Source: Anaerolineales bacterium (GTDB lineage: Bacteria; Chloroflexota; Anaerolineae; Anaerolineales; UBA11579). From it: a stretch of DNA of 64,000 nt. Shown piece by piece: positions 28,776 to 39,395 of the stretch. The translations under genes were made by a program, and so were the position numbers. The stretch spans positions 9,369-73,368 of the forward strand of contig DAOMSJ010000002.1 of the NCBI GenBank assembly GCA_035446285.1. The letters are read 5' to 3'. Every line of letters begins with the position of its first letter. Position 1 is the first letter of the stretch. Below the pieces are notes generated by a model that did not search any database, had not been told where the DNA came from, and saw only the letters and a program-made list of their open reading frames with translations.

Positions 28776-29207
28776 CTACGCAGCGGTCAGGAATTGTTGC
28801 AACTCTTCAGCGCTGGCTGCGCGGTCGGCGGCGTGTGCCTGGCTGTGCGTGCTCAGCCACAGCACGCGGGCGGGCGATGCTGCCGTGAGGCTGCAGGCTA
28901 CGCCGAAGGGCACCAGCACGCCTTGCGGCGCGGCGGCCTGCAGGCTGAAGACAGCGTGCACGCCGTAGCTGGGCGAGTGCTGGCGCAGGTCGAGCAGGCG
29001 CAGGCTGCACTCGCCGTCGAGTGGGAAAGCTACTCGGTCAGCCTCGGCGCGCAGCGCGTACGCCTCGGCAGCGCCAGCGGGCAGCGTGTGGATGGCCAAT
29101 TCGCCGAAGCGGCGCAGCACGTGATCGGTCTCGCGCAGCAACACCACGCCTTCCGGCGTGGTGTTCGGCGGAAAGATGTGCATATCAGGGATGGGCAGCG
29201 TGCTCAT
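28776..29207 (-). CDS. hypothetical protein
   Basis: 143-aa ORF co-directional with its neighbours. 4-nt overlap with the DinB gene stop. No motif recognised. Confidence 0.4.
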   Translation of the reverse strand: MSTLPIPDMHIFPPNTTPEGVVLLRETDHVLRRFGELAIHTLPAGAAEAYALRAEADRVAFPLDGECSLRLLDLRQHSPSYGVHAVFSLQAAAPQGVLVPFGVACSLTAASPARVLWLSTHSQAHAADRAASAEELQQFLTAA

Positions 29208-29686
29208 GGCAGTTGCAGCTTGCGTTTGATATCGCGCTGGTGGCCGAGCAAGTGAATGTACATGAGCTTGATCATGTGCTTTAGCTCGGTTTCGCCCAAG
29301 GCGGGGTGGCGGCCGCGGCGCTCCAGCGCCTCATCACTCAGCGAGCGCGCCCATTCCACATTGGCAGCGCGCCGCGCGGCGAATTCAGCCAGCAACGCAG
29401 CATCGTCATGCTGCTGGCTCATTTCTGTGGTGTTCTTCTCGTTCCAGCGGTTGATATTGAAATCAGCGGCCACACCTTCGCCGCCCTCGCTGACGCTGCG
29501 CATCACGCGGCCGATCGAGCCTTCCACTTCAACGAAGTGGGCCAGCAGGTCATGCGTGGTCCACGCCAGGCCGTCATCATAGATCTGCGCCTGCATCTGT
29601 GGCGGGGTTAGTTCTTTAAAGAAGGCCAGCGTTTTTTCACCTTCGCTGTGCAGTGCGTCGGCCAATTCATGAGCTAGTGCTGACAT
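29204..29686 (-). CDS. DinB-family protein
   Basis: 160 aa. His triad context HDLLAHFVEVE ... IHLLGHQRD, typical of DinB/YfiT four-helix proteins. Confidence 0.65.
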   Translation of the reverse strand: MSALAHELADALHSEGEKTLAFFKELTPPQMQAQIYDDGLAWTTHDLLAHFVEVEGSIGRVMRSVSEGGEGVAADFNINRWNEKNTTEMSQQHDDAALLAEFAARRAANVEWARSLSDEALERRGRHPALGETELKHMIKLMYIHLLGHQRDIKRKLQLP

Positions 29687-30643
29687 TTAGCGCCTCACCA
29701 AGTTGCTGAGCAAGAACCACAAGTTCGCCGGGCGCTCGGCCAGACGGCGCATGAAGTACGGATACCACTGGCGGCCATAGGGCACATAAATGCGCACCGG
29801 GTAGCCTTCATTGGCCAGGGTTTGCTGCAGATCACGGCGGATGCCGAACAGCATCTGGAACTCAACCTGGCTCTTGGGCAGCCCCAGCTCGCTGGCGTGC
29901 TGCTTGGCAAACTCAATGCGCTTGGCGTCCTGGCTGGCCACGGCCAGCATGGGCGGCCAGGCGCCGCCGGCGCCATCGCCCGCCGGCACGGCATGCCCGG
30001 CGTGCAGCAGCAAATCCGCCAGGCGGTCGTAGGCGGTATCGACATCGGCCTTGGCCGGGAAGGCACGGTCGGCCGGCTCCATGTAGGCGCCTTTGACGAC
30101 GCGGATGCGGGCGCCTTCGGCAATCAGAGCGAGCACATCTGCCTCGCTTCTATATAAGTAAGATTGAATGACTACGCCCACGTTATCAAATCCCTCGGCG
30201 CGCATCGTGCGGTAGAGGTTTAGGGTAGTGTCTACCCAGGGGCTGTCTTCCATATCAATGCGCACAAAGATCTGCTGCGCCTTGGCAGCCTGCAGGATCT
30301 GGCGCAGGTTGCTCTCCACCAGCGCCAGGTCGAGCTTGAGGCCAAGCTGTGTGAGCTTGATGGATACGCCGGAGCGCACGCCGCTTTCGGCGATCTGCTC
30401 CACTGCCTGGATGATCTTGGCGGTGCTGGCGCTGGCATCGGCAGCATCCGCGGTGTGCTCACCCAGCAGGTCGAGCGTAGCCAACAGGCCATCCGCATTG
30501 AGCTTGCGCACAGCGTGCAGCGCATCGGTGAGCGTGTCACCAGCGACGAAGCGGCGCGCCATGCGTCGCGATACACCGAGGCTCATGATGAAACGGCGTG
30601 CCCAATCAGCTTGAGAGAGGTAAATCAGGAAGCTACGCAGCAT
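29687..30643 (-). CDS. proline dehydrogenase
   Basis: 318 aa. C-terminal block RIYVPYGRQWYPYFMRRLAERPANLWF, typical of monofunctional PRODH. Confidence 0.8.
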   Translation of the reverse strand: MLRSFLIYLSQADWARRFIMSLGVSRRMARRFVAGDTLTDALHAVRKLNADGLLATLDLLGEHTADAADASASTAKIIQAVEQIAESGVRSGVSIKLTQLGLKLDLALVESNLRQILQAAKAQQIFVRIDMEDSPWVDTTLNLYRTMRAEGFDNVGVVIQSYLYRSEADVLALIAEGARIRVVKGAYMEPADRAFPAKADVDTAYDRLADLLLHAGHAVPAGDGAGGAWPPMLAVASQDAKRIEFAKQHASELGLPKSQVEFQMLFGIRRDLQQTLANEGYPVRIYVPYGRQWYPYFMRRLAERPANLWFLLSNLVRR

Positions 30644-30689
30644 AGAGGTATGGTTTCTGGGTAGTGGATGGAGTTAGGGGTGTTACATT

Positions 30690-32267
30690 GTGCATTCATA
30701 CAGCCCTAATGCGGGCGATTCTAACACGCACATGCGAATGATATACTCGCGCCCGTTCACCATGAGCTTCTACGTACGTCCGCGCTCTTCCTTTATGCGC
30801 CTGGCTGCCAGCGTCCTGCTGATCGGCACTCTCGTTCTCCTGATCGTGCAGCTTATCCTCTACAGCCGTGACCGCGCCAACTTCCCCGCTGGCCTGGTGG
30901 TGGCAGGCATCCCCATGGGCGGCGTCAGCCGCCAAGAGGCCGCCGAGCGCTTGCTGCGTATCTACAACCTGCCCGTGGAGCTGCGCTACGGCGACGCGCT
31001 GATCCATATGGATCCCGCCGTGGTGGAGTTCAGCCTTAATCTGGAAAGCATGATTGCCGCAGCAGACCAGCAGCGTACCAGTTCCCCGTTCTGGGGCGGC
31101 TTCTGGGATTATTTGTGGGGCAACGTCTCCAACCCGGTGGAGGTGCCGCTGGACGCCAGCTATTCTGAGGGCTTGCTGCTGCGCTACCTGGAAGGCGAAG
31201 TGTCTGCGCGCTACGACAAAGCGCCCAGCCCGGCCCAGCCGATCGCCGGCACGACTCAGTTCGAACTGGGCGAGCCCGGCACCACCATCAACGTCGATAG
31301 CGCCATCAATCAAATTGAAGCGGCGCTGTTCTCCCCCGCGCAGCGCACGGTCAATCTCACCATCCAGCAATCGGCCACGGCACGCCCCAATCTGCAGAAC
31401 CTGCAAGTGCAGCTGCAGCAGATCATGGAAGTGGCTGGGTACGACGGCATTGCCGATATCTATTTCCAAGACCTCTCCAGCGGGCAGGAGCTGCATTTCA
31501 TCTACCGTCTGGGCAGCAACCTGCCCACCCAGCCGGATATCTCTTTCACCGCGGCCAGCTTGATGAAGATCCCGGTGATGGTGTCCACCTTCAAGGTGCT
31601 GGATGCCGACCCGGATGCGCGCGTACAAGAGCTATTCCGCGAGATGATCGCCCAATCATTGAATGAAGCCACCGATGCGTTGATGAGTGAAGTCATCGGC
31701 GGGCCGCGTGCTCCCATCACCGTGACTGAGGATATGCGCCAATTGGGCTTGCAAAACACCTTCCTGGCTGGCTACTTCTATCTCGGTGCGCCGCTGCTGG
31801 AGCGCTACACCACCCCCGCCGGGCAGCGCGGCGACATCAACACCGACCCTGACCCCTATAACCAGACCACGCCCACAGACATGGGCATGCTGCTGTCTGA
31901 CATCTACCAGTGTGCGGAGGATGGCGGTGGCGCGCTGCGAGCGGTCTTCCCCGAGCAGATCACACAATCCGAGTGTCAGCAAATGCTGGATATTCTCAGC
32001 CAGAATCGTATCGGCATCCTGCTGGAAGCCGGCGTCCCCGAAGGCACCCGCGTAGCCCACAAGCATGGCTGGGTCACCAACCCCAACACGCAGGTAATCA
32101 ACGTGATGAGTGATGCGGGCATTGTGTTCAGCCCCACGGGTGACTATGTGTTGGCGATAACCTTCTACCAGCCGGTGCAGTTGGTGTTTGACCCCATCTC
32201 GGCCTTGTTCTCACGCTTGAGTGAGACGGTGTACAACTACTACACCCTCCCGGCTCGCCAAGAGTAA
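30690..32267 (+). CDS. membrane-anchored serine hydrolase (class A beta-lactamase-like fold)
   Basis: 525-aa ORF with an N-terminal TM. SxxK candidate AASLMK and KxG candidate HKHGW. Start codon uncertain. Confidence 0.55.
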   Translation: MHSYSPNAGDSNTHMRMIYSRPFTMSFYVRPRSSFMRLAASVLLIGTLVLLIVQLILYSRDRANFPAGLVVAGIPMGGVSRQEAAERLLRIYNLPVELRYGDALIHMDPAVVEFSLNLESMIAAADQQRTSSPFWGGFWDYLWGNVSNPVEVPLDASYSEGLLLRYLEGEVSARYDKAPSPAQPIAGTTQFELGEPGTTINVDSAINQIEAALFSPAQRTVNLTIQQSATARPNLQNLQVQLQQIMEVAGYDGIADIYFQDLSSGQELHFIYRLGSNLPTQPDISFTAASLMKIPVMVSTFKVLDADPDARVQELFREMIAQSLNEATDALMSEVIGGPRAPITVTEDMRQLGLQNTFLAGYFYLGAPLLERYTTPAGQRGDINTDPDPYNQTTPTDMGMLLSDIYQCAEDGGGALRAVFPEQITQSECQQMLDILSQNRIGILLEAGVPEGTRVAHKHGWVTNPNTQVINVMSDAGIVFSPTGDYVLAITFYQPVQLVFDPISALFSRLSETVYNYYTLPARQE

Positions 32268-32361
32268 TAAGAAAGAGCGCAGACATGCTGCGCTCCACTC
32301 ACTAGTTTCTTTGCACACGATCTGTGCACTTTCTGCCATATAGCAACCAGAATCAAAACAA

Positions 32362-32498
32362 GCCCTTTAACGGATCCCTCCTCGCCGCGCTCAAGCACAG
32401 GCCGAGTTCTGGGATGATAAACGATGCAGGGTTCATCTAGTTATGTAGCCGTCATTCCGAACCCGAGCGCAGCGAGTTGGGAGGAATCCTTTTAGGGC
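32362..32498. repeat. large imperfect inverted repeat (MITE/REP-like)
   Basis: Right arm: GTCATTCCGAACCCGAGCGCAGCGAGTTGGGAGGAATCCTTTTAGGGC. Reverse complement of left arm: ATCATCCCAGAACTCGGCCTGTGCTTGAGCGCGGCGAGGAGGGATCCGTTAAAGGGC. The terminal GTCATTSCGA resembles the 19355 element. Confidence 0.55.
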
Positions 32499-32527
32499 AT
32501 TGCAAAACACTGCTTACAGGTGAATAG

Positions 32528-33310
32528 TTACTGTGCCAAGCGCACTGGCAGGCACATCGGTTGGCCGTTGATGGGATTGCGCACGATCTGGCTTTCCACA
32601 CCGAAGACGCGTCGCACCACATCCTCCACAATCACCTCCTGCGGCTCACCCTCGGCGATCACCTGGCCGCGGTGCAGAGCCACGATGTGCTGCGCGCAGC
32701 GAGCGGCATGATTGAGGTCATGCAAAACCAGGATGATGGTCTTGCTTTGTTGATTGAGGTGCTGCACCAGATCAAGCACTTCCATCTGATGCGCCAGGTC
32801 CAAAAACGTAGTGGGCTCATCCAGCAGGATAGTGTTGGTCTCCTGTGCCAGGGTCATAGCGATCCAGGCGCGCTGCCGCTGGCCACCGGAGAGGGTATCC
32901 ACACCGCGCTCGGCCAGCGCGCCGAGCTTGGTGAGCTGCAGCGCGCTTTGCAGCGCCTGCTCGTCTTCGGCGCTCCACTGCTGGAACCATTGCTGGTGCG
33001 GGTAACGACCCTGGGCCACCAGCTCGCGCACGGTCAGCCCTTCGGGCGCCACGGGCGATTGCGGCAGAATGCCAATTTCGCGCGCCAGGTGCTTGGTGGG
33101 CAAGCTGTGGATGGCGGCGCCATCCAACAGCACCGCCCCACCCTGCGGCTTGAGCAGGCGCGCCAGCCCGCGCAACAGGGTGGACTTGCCGCAGCCGTTG
33201 GGGCCCACCAGCGCAGTCACCTTGCCGACCGGGATCTGCAGATCCAGCCCATCGATGATGTGTTCGGCAGTGTAGCCGAGGGTCAGTTGTTCAGCGTGAA
33301 ATGTTTGCAT
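32528..33310 (-). CDS. iron-siderophore ABC transporter ATP-binding protein (FepC/FecE-like)
   Basis: 260 aa. Walker [10 protein letters not shown], signature LSGGQRQR, Walker B ILLDEPT. Confidence 0.85.
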   Translation of the reverse strand: MQTFHAEQLTLGYTAEHIIDGLDLQIPVGKVTALVGPNGCGKSTLLRGLARLLKPQGGAVLLDGAAIHSLPTKHLAREIGILPQSPVAPEGLTVRELVAQGRYPHQQWFQQWSAEDEQALQSALQLTKLGALAERGVDTLSGGQRQRAWIAMTLAQETNTILLDEPTTFLDLAHQMEVLDLVQHLNQQSKTIILVLHDLNHAARCAQHIVALHRGQVIAEGEPQEVIVEDVVRRVFGVESQIVRNPINGQPMCLPVRLAQ

Positions 33311-33312
33311 CG

Positions 33313-34359
33313 CTAAAACCTCTCGCGGTTTTTCCAGATCAAATAAAGGAAGAAAGGCGCACCCAACAAGGAGATGATGATGCCGCAGGGAATTTCGGCG
33401 GGTGCGATCACCGTGCGCCCGATGAGATCAGACACGATCACCAGCGCGCCACCCACCAAGGCAGCCACCACTTGCGAGCCCTCGTGCATAGGGCCAACCA
33501 GGCGGCGCGCCAGGTGCGGCGCTACCAGGCCCACAAAGCCAACCGTGCCGGCCACGGTGACGGTAACACCGGCCAGGGCCACGGCCACCAACAGCAAGAT
33601 GGCACGCTGGCGCGTAACCGGCGTGCCCAGGCCGCGGGCAACCTCCTCCCCCAGGTTGAGAGCGTTGAGGTGGCGCGCCAGCACTAAGGCCACCAGCAGG
33701 CCGATGCCGATCCACGGCAGCACGGCATTGACCTCGGCCCAGGTGGTGGCATACACAGTGCCCGCCAGCCACATCATCGCCTGAGTCACCAGGTCAATGC
33801 GGCCAAAGGTGAGCTGAAAGCCGATCACGGCGCTCAGCGTGGCCTGCAAGCCAATACCCACCAATATAAAGCGCATCGGCGAATCGCCTCTGCGCCAGGC
33901 AAGAATATAGAGCAGCACCGCTACGGCCAGCGCGCCGAGGAAGGCCATCAGCGGCAGCAGGGCACGCGGCAAGCCGGGTACTGCCACGATGAAGAACACG
34001 GCGGCCAGGCTGGCGCCGGCGGTGACGCCGGTGAGGTCTGGCGAGGCCAGCGGATTGCGCGTTACGCCCTGCACGATGTTTCCGGAGACGGCCAGCGCAG
34101 CCCCCACCAACCAGGCTAGCAACATGCGCGGCAAGCGCAAGTTCATCACCACGAAGACATGCTGCGGCACGCCAGTATCCACGCCGAACAAGGTGCGTAC
34201 TACATCCAGCGGAGCGATCTTGAACTCACCCACGCCCATGTTGACGATCATGGCGGCCAGCGTGACCAGCAAGAGGCTGATGAATACGACAGGCAGGCGC
34301 GCATCCAGGCGAAAGGACACCGGCAGCCGCGGCGTGCGCAGCACGATCCAGGGCGCCAT
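33313..34359 (-). CDS. iron-siderophore ABC permease (FecCD family)
   Basis: Track start 34656 trimmed to ATG 34359 (TAATG overlap with the upstream permease stop). 348 aa, hydrophobic throughout. Ends in [13 protein letters not shown], typical of FecCD. Confidence 0.8.
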   Translation of the reverse strand: MAPWIVLRTPRLPVSFRLDARLPVVFISLLLVTLAAMIVNMGVGEFKIAPLDVVRTLFGVDTGVPQHVFVVMNLRLPRMLLAWLVGAALAVSGNIVQGVTRNPLASPDLTGVTAGASLAAVFFIVAVPGLPRALLPLMAFLGALAVAVLLYILAWRRGDSPMRFILVGIGLQATLSAVIGFQLTFGRIDLVTQAMMWLAGTVYATTWAEVNAVLPWIGIGLLVALVLARHLNALNLGEEVARGLGTPVTRQRAILLLVAVALAGVTVTVAGTVGFVGLVAPHLARRLVGPMHEGSQVVAALVGGALVIVSDLIGRTVIAPAEIPCGIIISLLGAPFFLYLIWKNRERF

Positions 34360-35318
34360 TAGCGTTTCACCTTGGCGCGCACCAGATAAATGAAGATAGG
34401 GCCACCGATAGCAGCGGTCATGATGCCAACGGGCAGCTCCATAGGGCGCAGGATGACGCGGCCGACGACATCGGCCAGCACCATGAAAATAGCGCCCACG
34501 ATGGCCGCATACGGAATGATCCAGCGGTAATCCAGGCCCACAAAGAAGCGCACGGCGTGCGGCGCCACCAGGCCGACGAAGCCCACCGGCCCTGCCAGCG
34601 CCACCGAGGTGCCCGCCAGCATAACCACGGCCAGGGCAGCCAGCAGCTTGACCCATAAGACGTTGAGGCCGAGCCCACGCGCCAGATCCTCGCCGAGCGA
34701 GAGCGTGGTGATCTGGCGGCCCAGCAAGATAGCCAGTACCAGCCCGGCGATGATGTATACCGCGGCCTGGGCGATGAGCTCCATCTCACGCCCCGCCACG
34801 CTGCCTGCCATCCAGAAGCGCACCTGGTTGTAGCCCAGGGGGTGCAGGATGGCCAACAGGCCGGTGAGCGAAGCCAGCATAGTGCCGAGAGCGGCGCCGG
34901 CGATGGTGAGCTTGATGGGCGTGGGGCCGCCACGGCCCATCGAGCCGATGGCGTAGACCAGCGCACCGCTGACGCCTGCGCCCACAAAGGCAAAGATAGC
35001 GAAGCCAGATAATGAAATGATGTTGAGATAAAGCACCGCCACCATCACGGCCAGTGCCGCGCCGGCCTCAATGCCCAGCAAGCCGGAGTCGGCCAGCGGG
35101 TTGCGCGTCAGGCCCTGCATGATGGCGCCAGCGGCGGCCAGCGCCGCCCCCACCAGGGCGGCGGTGATGGCACGCGGCATGCGCAAGCTGCGAATGACGA
35201 GGTGCTCTGTATTGGTGTCATCAAAATGTGTGACTGATTCGGCCACCAAGCGCGGTTCGATCTGGGCGGCGCCGAAGGCGGTGCTGCCCACCAGCACCAG
35301 CAGCAGGAGCGCCGCCAT
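34359..35318 (-). CDS. iron-siderophore ABC permease (FecCD family); N-terminus unresolved
   Basis: 319 aa from ATG 35318. [14 protein letters not shown] and [12 protein letters not shown] blocks. The same frame stays open and permease-like upstream (..[20 protein letters not shown]) but has no ATG/GTG/TTG there. Confidence 0.7.
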   Translation of the reverse strand: MAALLLLVLVGSTAFGAAQIEPRLVAESVTHFDDTNTEHLVIRSLRMPRAITAALVGAALAAAGAIMQGLTRNPLADSGLLGIEAGAALAVMVAVLYLNIISLSGFAIFAFVGAGVSGALVYAIGSMGRGGPTPIKLTIAGAALGTMLASLTGLLAILHPLGYNQVRFWMAGSVAGREMELIAQAAVYIIAGLVLAILLGRQITTLSLGEDLARGLGLNVLWVKLLAALAVVMLAGTSVALAGPVGFVGLVAPHAVRFFVGLDYRWIIPYAAIVGAIFMVLADVVGRVILRPMELPVGIMTAAIGGPIFIYLVRAKVKR

Positions 35319-36223
35319 AAGCGGGAAGCCCAGCAGGCGCAGGGTGTTGGCGCGCGAAGAGGTGAGTACAGCCGGTTTGGAGAGGTCTGCGCTGGTCTTT
35401 CGGATGCCGCCGCGGCGGCGCGTTCGCCCAGCCAGTTCTCGATCAGGGCGATGCGCTCCGCCATGGGGCGATGTGGGCAGTTGGAGCAGTAATGCCCCTC
35501 CTCTGTCTTGTAAAACAGGCAGCAGGACACACGGTCGATGAGCTGGTAGCTCAGCCCGGCGTGCTCCACGCAGACGAAATCACGCTGGCGTGCCAGCTGC
35601 GTGGGCAGCGCGGCGGCGGCGCGTGCTTCGTGCAGCCCCAGCTGCACATTGCCGAGGCGCTCGGCGACCCAGGTGAAGGCGGAGCCGTAATAGTCACGCG
35701 CCAGCAGCCACAAGCCAGACACACCCATGCGCGAATTTTGGCGCAGCGCCAGGACCAAGGGCTGGCAGTGGGATTCCAGCTGCTGGGTGAGATGCAGACG
35801 CAGCGCGTCAGCATCGGGCAGCGGCATGCAGTCGGGGTGCGCGGCGGCCGGGTCGCTGGCCAGGGCGGCGAAGGCACGGCCCTCCCAGGCGATGGCGACG
35901 GGCTCGCCGTCTTCGTCGAAGCGCAGGGCCACCGAGCCGGGGCGCAGGTCCGGCACGCGCTGCGTGACCAGATAGCAGGTGACCGCCACGGCCATGATGT
36001 AGAAGACGTAGTGGCCAAACCACAACGCCGCCGGAGACTGTGCATCGGTAGCCTTGTGATGGTCTCCGCTGGCTTTGAGCAGCGGCGCCAGATGGGCGGA
36101 CTCGTGCAGCTGGCTGGCGCTCAGCCAGCCAGGCTGCGCATCACGCGCGCTCAGCAGCTGGGCGCGGTATTCCTCGCTCGCCGCTGCCAAAGACGCCAGA
36201 GTTTGTTCGATGGGATGTTCCAA
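35108..36223 (-). CDS. FhuF-like ferric-siderophore reductase (2Fe-2S); true 3' end uncertain
   Basis: TTG start 4 nt after the substrate-binding-protein gene stop. C-terminal CC-x10-C-x2-C motif [17 protein letters not shown]. The frame has no stop until 35108, so it overlaps the permease gene by 211 nt out of frame. That tail is W/C/R-rich and looks non-coding. Confidence 0.6.
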   Translation of the reverse strand: MEHPIEQTLASLAAASEEYRAQLLSARDAQPGWLSASQLHESAHLAPLLKASGDHHKATDAQSPAALWFGHYVFYIMAVAVTCYLVTQRVPDLRPGSVALRFDEDGEPVAIAWEGRAFAALASDPAAAHPDCMPLPDADALRLHLTQQLESHCQPLVLALRQNSRMGVSGLWLLARDYYGSAFTWVAERLGNVQLGLHEARAAAALPTQLARQRDFVCVEHAGLSYQLIDRVSCCLFYKTEEGHYCSNCPHRPMAERIALIENWLGERAAAAASERPAQTSPNRLYSPLRAPTPCACWASRLWRRSCCWCWWAAPPSAPPRSNRAWWPNQSHILMTPIQSTSSFAACACRVPSPPPWWGRRWPPLAPSCRA

Positions 36224-36227
36224 TGTG

Positions 36228-37190
36228 CTACTCAGTAACGGCGCTGACCACGCGCTCTACCAACACGCCAGCCGACAGCGGCCCGCCGAACAGCCAGGTA
36301 TCCCCGCCGATGGGATGCGCTTTGCCCGATTGCACGAAGGGTAGCGTCTCCCACAGTTTTTGGAAGGAGCCGGAGGTGTTCAGCCCGTCGTCATCCTGGA
36401 TCACATAAAAGAAATGTACATCGCCAAGCTCGGTGAGCGCCTCAGTGCCTACTTCGGTGAAGCCATACTGGGCAAATTCCGGCTGCCAGGTATTTTGCAG
36501 GCTGAGCTGGTTAATGATGTCGGTAGCCATGCCGTTGTCCAGGAACAGGCGCGCCGTGGTCATATTGAGCCACGAGTACATCTGGGAGAGCACGAAGCCA
36601 TCACCAGCGTGGCCGCTGGCCTCGATGGCGGCGCGGCCATCGGCGATCTGGGCATCCAGCGCGGCCAGCACTTGCTCGGCCTGCTCGCTGCGGCCGGTGG
36701 CCTGGCCCAGCAGGCGGAAGCTGTCTTGCATCTCCTGGAAAGTGGAGATGGCCGGGTCATCCGGGTACGGGTTGAAGATCAGCGTGGGGGCAATCGCATC
36801 CAGCTGCTTGTAGTACTCGGTGGCGGTGGCCTGGGTATCGATAATGAGATCGGGCTGCAGGGCGGCCAGGGTCTCAAAATCTGGCTCACCGCGGGTACCG
36901 ACATCGACCACATCGGCGGAGAGCTCGGTGGGCACGTTGACCCAGGTGTTGAAGCCTTCGATATCGGCCACGCCGACGGGTTGGATGCCGAGCGCCAGCA
37001 AGTTCTCGACATAGGTCCATTCCAGCGCTACGACACGTAGCGCCGGGCCAGGCAGCACCGCCTCACCCATCGTATGGGGGATGGTGATGGCGCCAGCGGC
37101 GTTAGGGTCTACCGCTTCACGCGGTACGATGACGGGGGAACATGCTGCCAGCAGTGCGGCCAGCATGAGAGTGAGGGTAGGTTTACGCAC
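36228..37190 (-). CDS. iron-siderophore ABC substrate-binding lipoprotein (FhuD/FepB-like)
   Basis: 320 aa. GTG start preceded by AAAGGAG. Lipobox LAALLAACSP. Type III periplasmic-binding-protein layout. Confidence 0.75.
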   Translation of the reverse strand: MRKPTLTLMLAALLAACSPVIVPREAVDPNAAGAITIPHTMGEAVLPGPALRVVALEWTYVENLLALGIQPVGVADIEGFNTWVNVPTELSADVVDVGTRGEPDFETLAALQPDLIIDTQATATEYYKQLDAIAPTLIFNPYPDDPAISTFQEMQDSFRLLGQATGRSEQAEQVLAALDAQIADGRAAIEASGHAGDGFVLSQMYSWLNMTTARLFLDNGMATDIINQLSLQNTWQPEFAQYGFTEVGTEALTELGDVHFFYVIQDDDGLNTSGSFQKLWETLPFVQSGKAHPIGGDTWLFGGPLSAGVLVERVVSAVTE

Positions 37191-37298
37191 AGCTTGCTCC
37201 TTTAATACGGAGCGAGTGTATGCAGTGCGCCTTCAATAATCTAGGCGTGTGGCTTAACCCTCACTTTCGCTTTGGTGAGCGAGTTTAACACTCCGGGT

Positions 37299-37317
37299 GA
37301 TAATGCTATTCGCTTAT
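37299..37317. promoter_or_regulatory. Fur-box-like sequence in the divergent iron-uptake / hemH promoter region
   Basis: GATAATGCTATTCGCTTAT matches 12 of 19 positions of the classical GATAATGATAATCATTATC consensus by hand alignment. Confidence 0.25.
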
Positions 37318-37376
37318 GTAGTGGATTTTTGAGATTGGCAGTGGTCTATTTGTGAAATCTCGCCCAAGTAACGAGG

Positions 37377-38405
37377 TTGAAGGTAGTGACAGAAACAAAA
37401 GGCGTGTTATTGCTAAACTTGGGGTCTCCGGATGCGCCGGAGGAGGATGCGCTGCGCGTATACCTTGAAGAGTTTTTGATGGACGAACGCGTGCTGGATT
37501 ACCCGCGCCCCATTCGCAGCCTGGTAGTGAAACAATTCATTCTGCCCAAGCGGCCAGCAAGCTCGGCCGAGGCGTATGCCTCGATCTGGTGGCCGGAAGG
37601 TTCGCCGCTGGTGGTGATCAGCCAGCGCACGCAGCAGGCGCTGCACGCGCGCACCACCCTGCCGGTGGAGCTGGGCATGCGCTACGGCCAGCCCACGGCG
37701 CGCCACGCGCTGCAAGCGCTGCTTGCGGCGGGGGTGCGCGAGATATTTGCCATCCCGCTCTACCCGCATTACGCCATGTCCACCATCGAGAGCGCTGTGG
37801 TGAAAACGCAGGAAGAGTTGGCCGAGCTTGACCCGACGGCGCGCCTGATCGTGCAGCCGCCCTACTATGATGAAGAGGGCTATTTGCAAGCGCTGTACGC
37901 CAGCGCCCGCCCGCACTTGCAGGATTTTGAGCACCTGCTGTTCAGCTATCACGGGCTGCCAGAGCGCCATCTGCGCAAGACCGACCCCACCGGCGCGCAC
38001 TGCCTGCGCAGTGCCGATTGTTGCGATGTGCCCAGCGCGGCACACGGCACCTGCTACCGCCATCAACTGTTGCGCACTACAGATGCGTTTGTGCGTGAGT
38101 TCAACATTCCGGCCGAGAAGTACTCGCTGGCCTACCAATCACGCCTGGGGCGCGACAAGTGGCTGCAGCCTTCCACCGAGACAAAGCTAGCCGAGCTGGC
38201 ACAGCAAGGTGTGCGCAAGCTCACCGTGATCTGCCCGGCGTTTGTGGATGATTGCGTGGAGACGCTGGAGGAAGTCGGCATTCGCGGCAAGGAAGTGTTC
38301 CTGGCTGCGGGCGGCGAGGCGTTTGAGCTCATCCCGTGCATCAATGACCACCCCACCTGGATCGATACCCTGGCAGGCTGGGTGGAAGATTTCACCGGGC
38401 GTTAG
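37377..38405 (+). CDS. hemH: ferrochelatase
   Basis: 342 aa. GVLLLNLGSPDAP N-terminus, FSYHGLPERH block. TTG start, exact start uncertain. Confidence 0.85.
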   Translation: MKVVTETKGVLLLNLGSPDAPEEDALRVYLEEFLMDERVLDYPRPIRSLVVKQFILPKRPASSAEAYASIWWPEGSPLVVISQRTQQALHARTTLPVELGMRYGQPTARHALQALLAAGVREIFAIPLYPHYAMSTIESAVVKTQEELAELDPTARLIVQPPYYDEEGYLQALYASARPHLQDFEHLLFSYHGLPERHLRKTDPTGAHCLRSADCCDVPSAAHGTCYRHQLLRTTDAFVREFNIPAEKYSLAYQSRLGRDKWLQPSTETKLAELAQQGVRKLTVICPAFVDDCVETLEEVGIRGKEVFLAAGGEAFELIPCINDHPTWIDTLAGWVEDFTGR

Positions 38406-38519
38406 CTGGCTGCATATCCAGCCTAGATCAGCGATTCTTTTCTTGTCAAGGGATGGCGCACTTGGTGCATATTGACCATCGCCATTATAATTATTCGTTA
38501 TTCGCTTAGGAGAAAAGAG

Positions 38520-39380
38520 ATGAATATACGCTTGAAGTTATTGTTGACCACCTTGTTGGTGGCAGCCTTGGCTGCCTGTGGCGGCGGCAGTGCCGCAGCC
38601 ACCCCTGAAGTTATCTACATTGAAGTTACCTCCACCCCTGAGAGCGAAGCAACTCTGGCAGAGGGAGAAGATAGCGCGGCTGCCGAAATGCAGGCCGTGC
38701 GCGATGTCAATCTGCGCGCGGGTGACAGCACCGGGCACAACATCATCACCGTAGTTCCGGGTGGTGCTTCAGTTGAAGTCATTGGCCGCAACAATGACGG
38801 CAGCTGGCTACAGGTTGTGTACCGTGGCGCCACAGGATGGATCGCCGCCAGCTTCCTGGAGGGCAGTGTGCCCGCTGACCTGCCGGTAGCCCAGGCACCG
38901 CCAGCCACTGGTGGCGGTGGTGGTGGCGGCGGCGGCGGACAGCCCGCCAGCCCCACAGCCACTGCGGCAGCGGGCGGCAACAACCAAGCGGCCAATCCAA
39001 CGGCTACCACGGCACCAGCAGCCCAGATTGCTCCGGCGGATAGCGACATCTCCGTAGACGCCAACATCAAGAACCAGAGCAGCACCCACTCAGATGTGAT
39101 CTCATATCCTGATGGCGACACGCGGGACCGTGTGGCTGTGCGCGTGTCTGGCTTCGACAGCAACACCTCCTCAGGCGAGCTGCGTTTCACGCTGACCTGC
39201 ACGGGCACTGGCGTCGGCAACGTCAAAGTGACAGCAGTCTCCACCAATGGTGGTACCGTAGGCTGCAACAGCACCTGGACGGCGTTCTTCACCAACGTGA
39301 ACACCAACCACAACATCACCATCTTGCTGGACAATGGCCCTGCAGCGTATGTCAACTGGACGCTGCTAATCACCAAATAG
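38520..39380 (+). CDS. secreted lipoprotein with SH3b-like domain and Gly/Ala/Thr-rich linker
   Basis: Track start 38472 trimmed to ATG 38520, preceded by AGGAGAAAAGAG. Lipobox LVAALAACGG. SH3b-like VNLRAGDSTGHNIITVVPGGASVEVIGRNNDGSWLQVVYRGATGWIAASFL. Poly-Gly run. Confidence 0.6.
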   Translation: MNIRLKLLLTTLLVAALAACGGGSAAATPEVIYIEVTSTPESEATLAEGEDSAAAEMQAVRDVNLRAGDSTGHNIITVVPGGASVEVIGRNNDGSWLQVVYRGATGWIAASFLEGSVPADLPVAQAPPATGGGGGGGGGGQPASPTATAAAGGNNQAANPTATTAPAAQIAPADSDISVDANIKNQSSTHSDVISYPDGDTRDRVAVRVSGFDSNTSSGELRFTLTCTGTGVGNVKVTAVSTNGGTVGCNSTWTAFFTNVNTNHNITILLDNGPAAYVNWTLLITK

Positions 39381-39395
39381 CCTTGCTTTCTGCAA

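Noticed and set aside
28776-29207. Cupin/epimerase assignment for the 143-aa ORF
   Set aside because: There is only a vague beta-rich impression and no His/Glu metal motif or named family block. It is left as hypothetical.
37240-37260. DtxR/IdeR-type operator (TCTAGGCGTGTGGCTTAACCC)
   Set aside because: It aligns to TTAGGTTAGGCTAACCTAA only with an internal gap and several mismatches, and the dyad symmetry is poor.
38880-38945. GGY-codon run (poly-Gly) as a contingency or phase-variation locus
   Set aside because: It is an in-frame triplet repeat encoding a Gly linker between the SH3b-like domain and the C-terminal region. Length changes would stay in frame.
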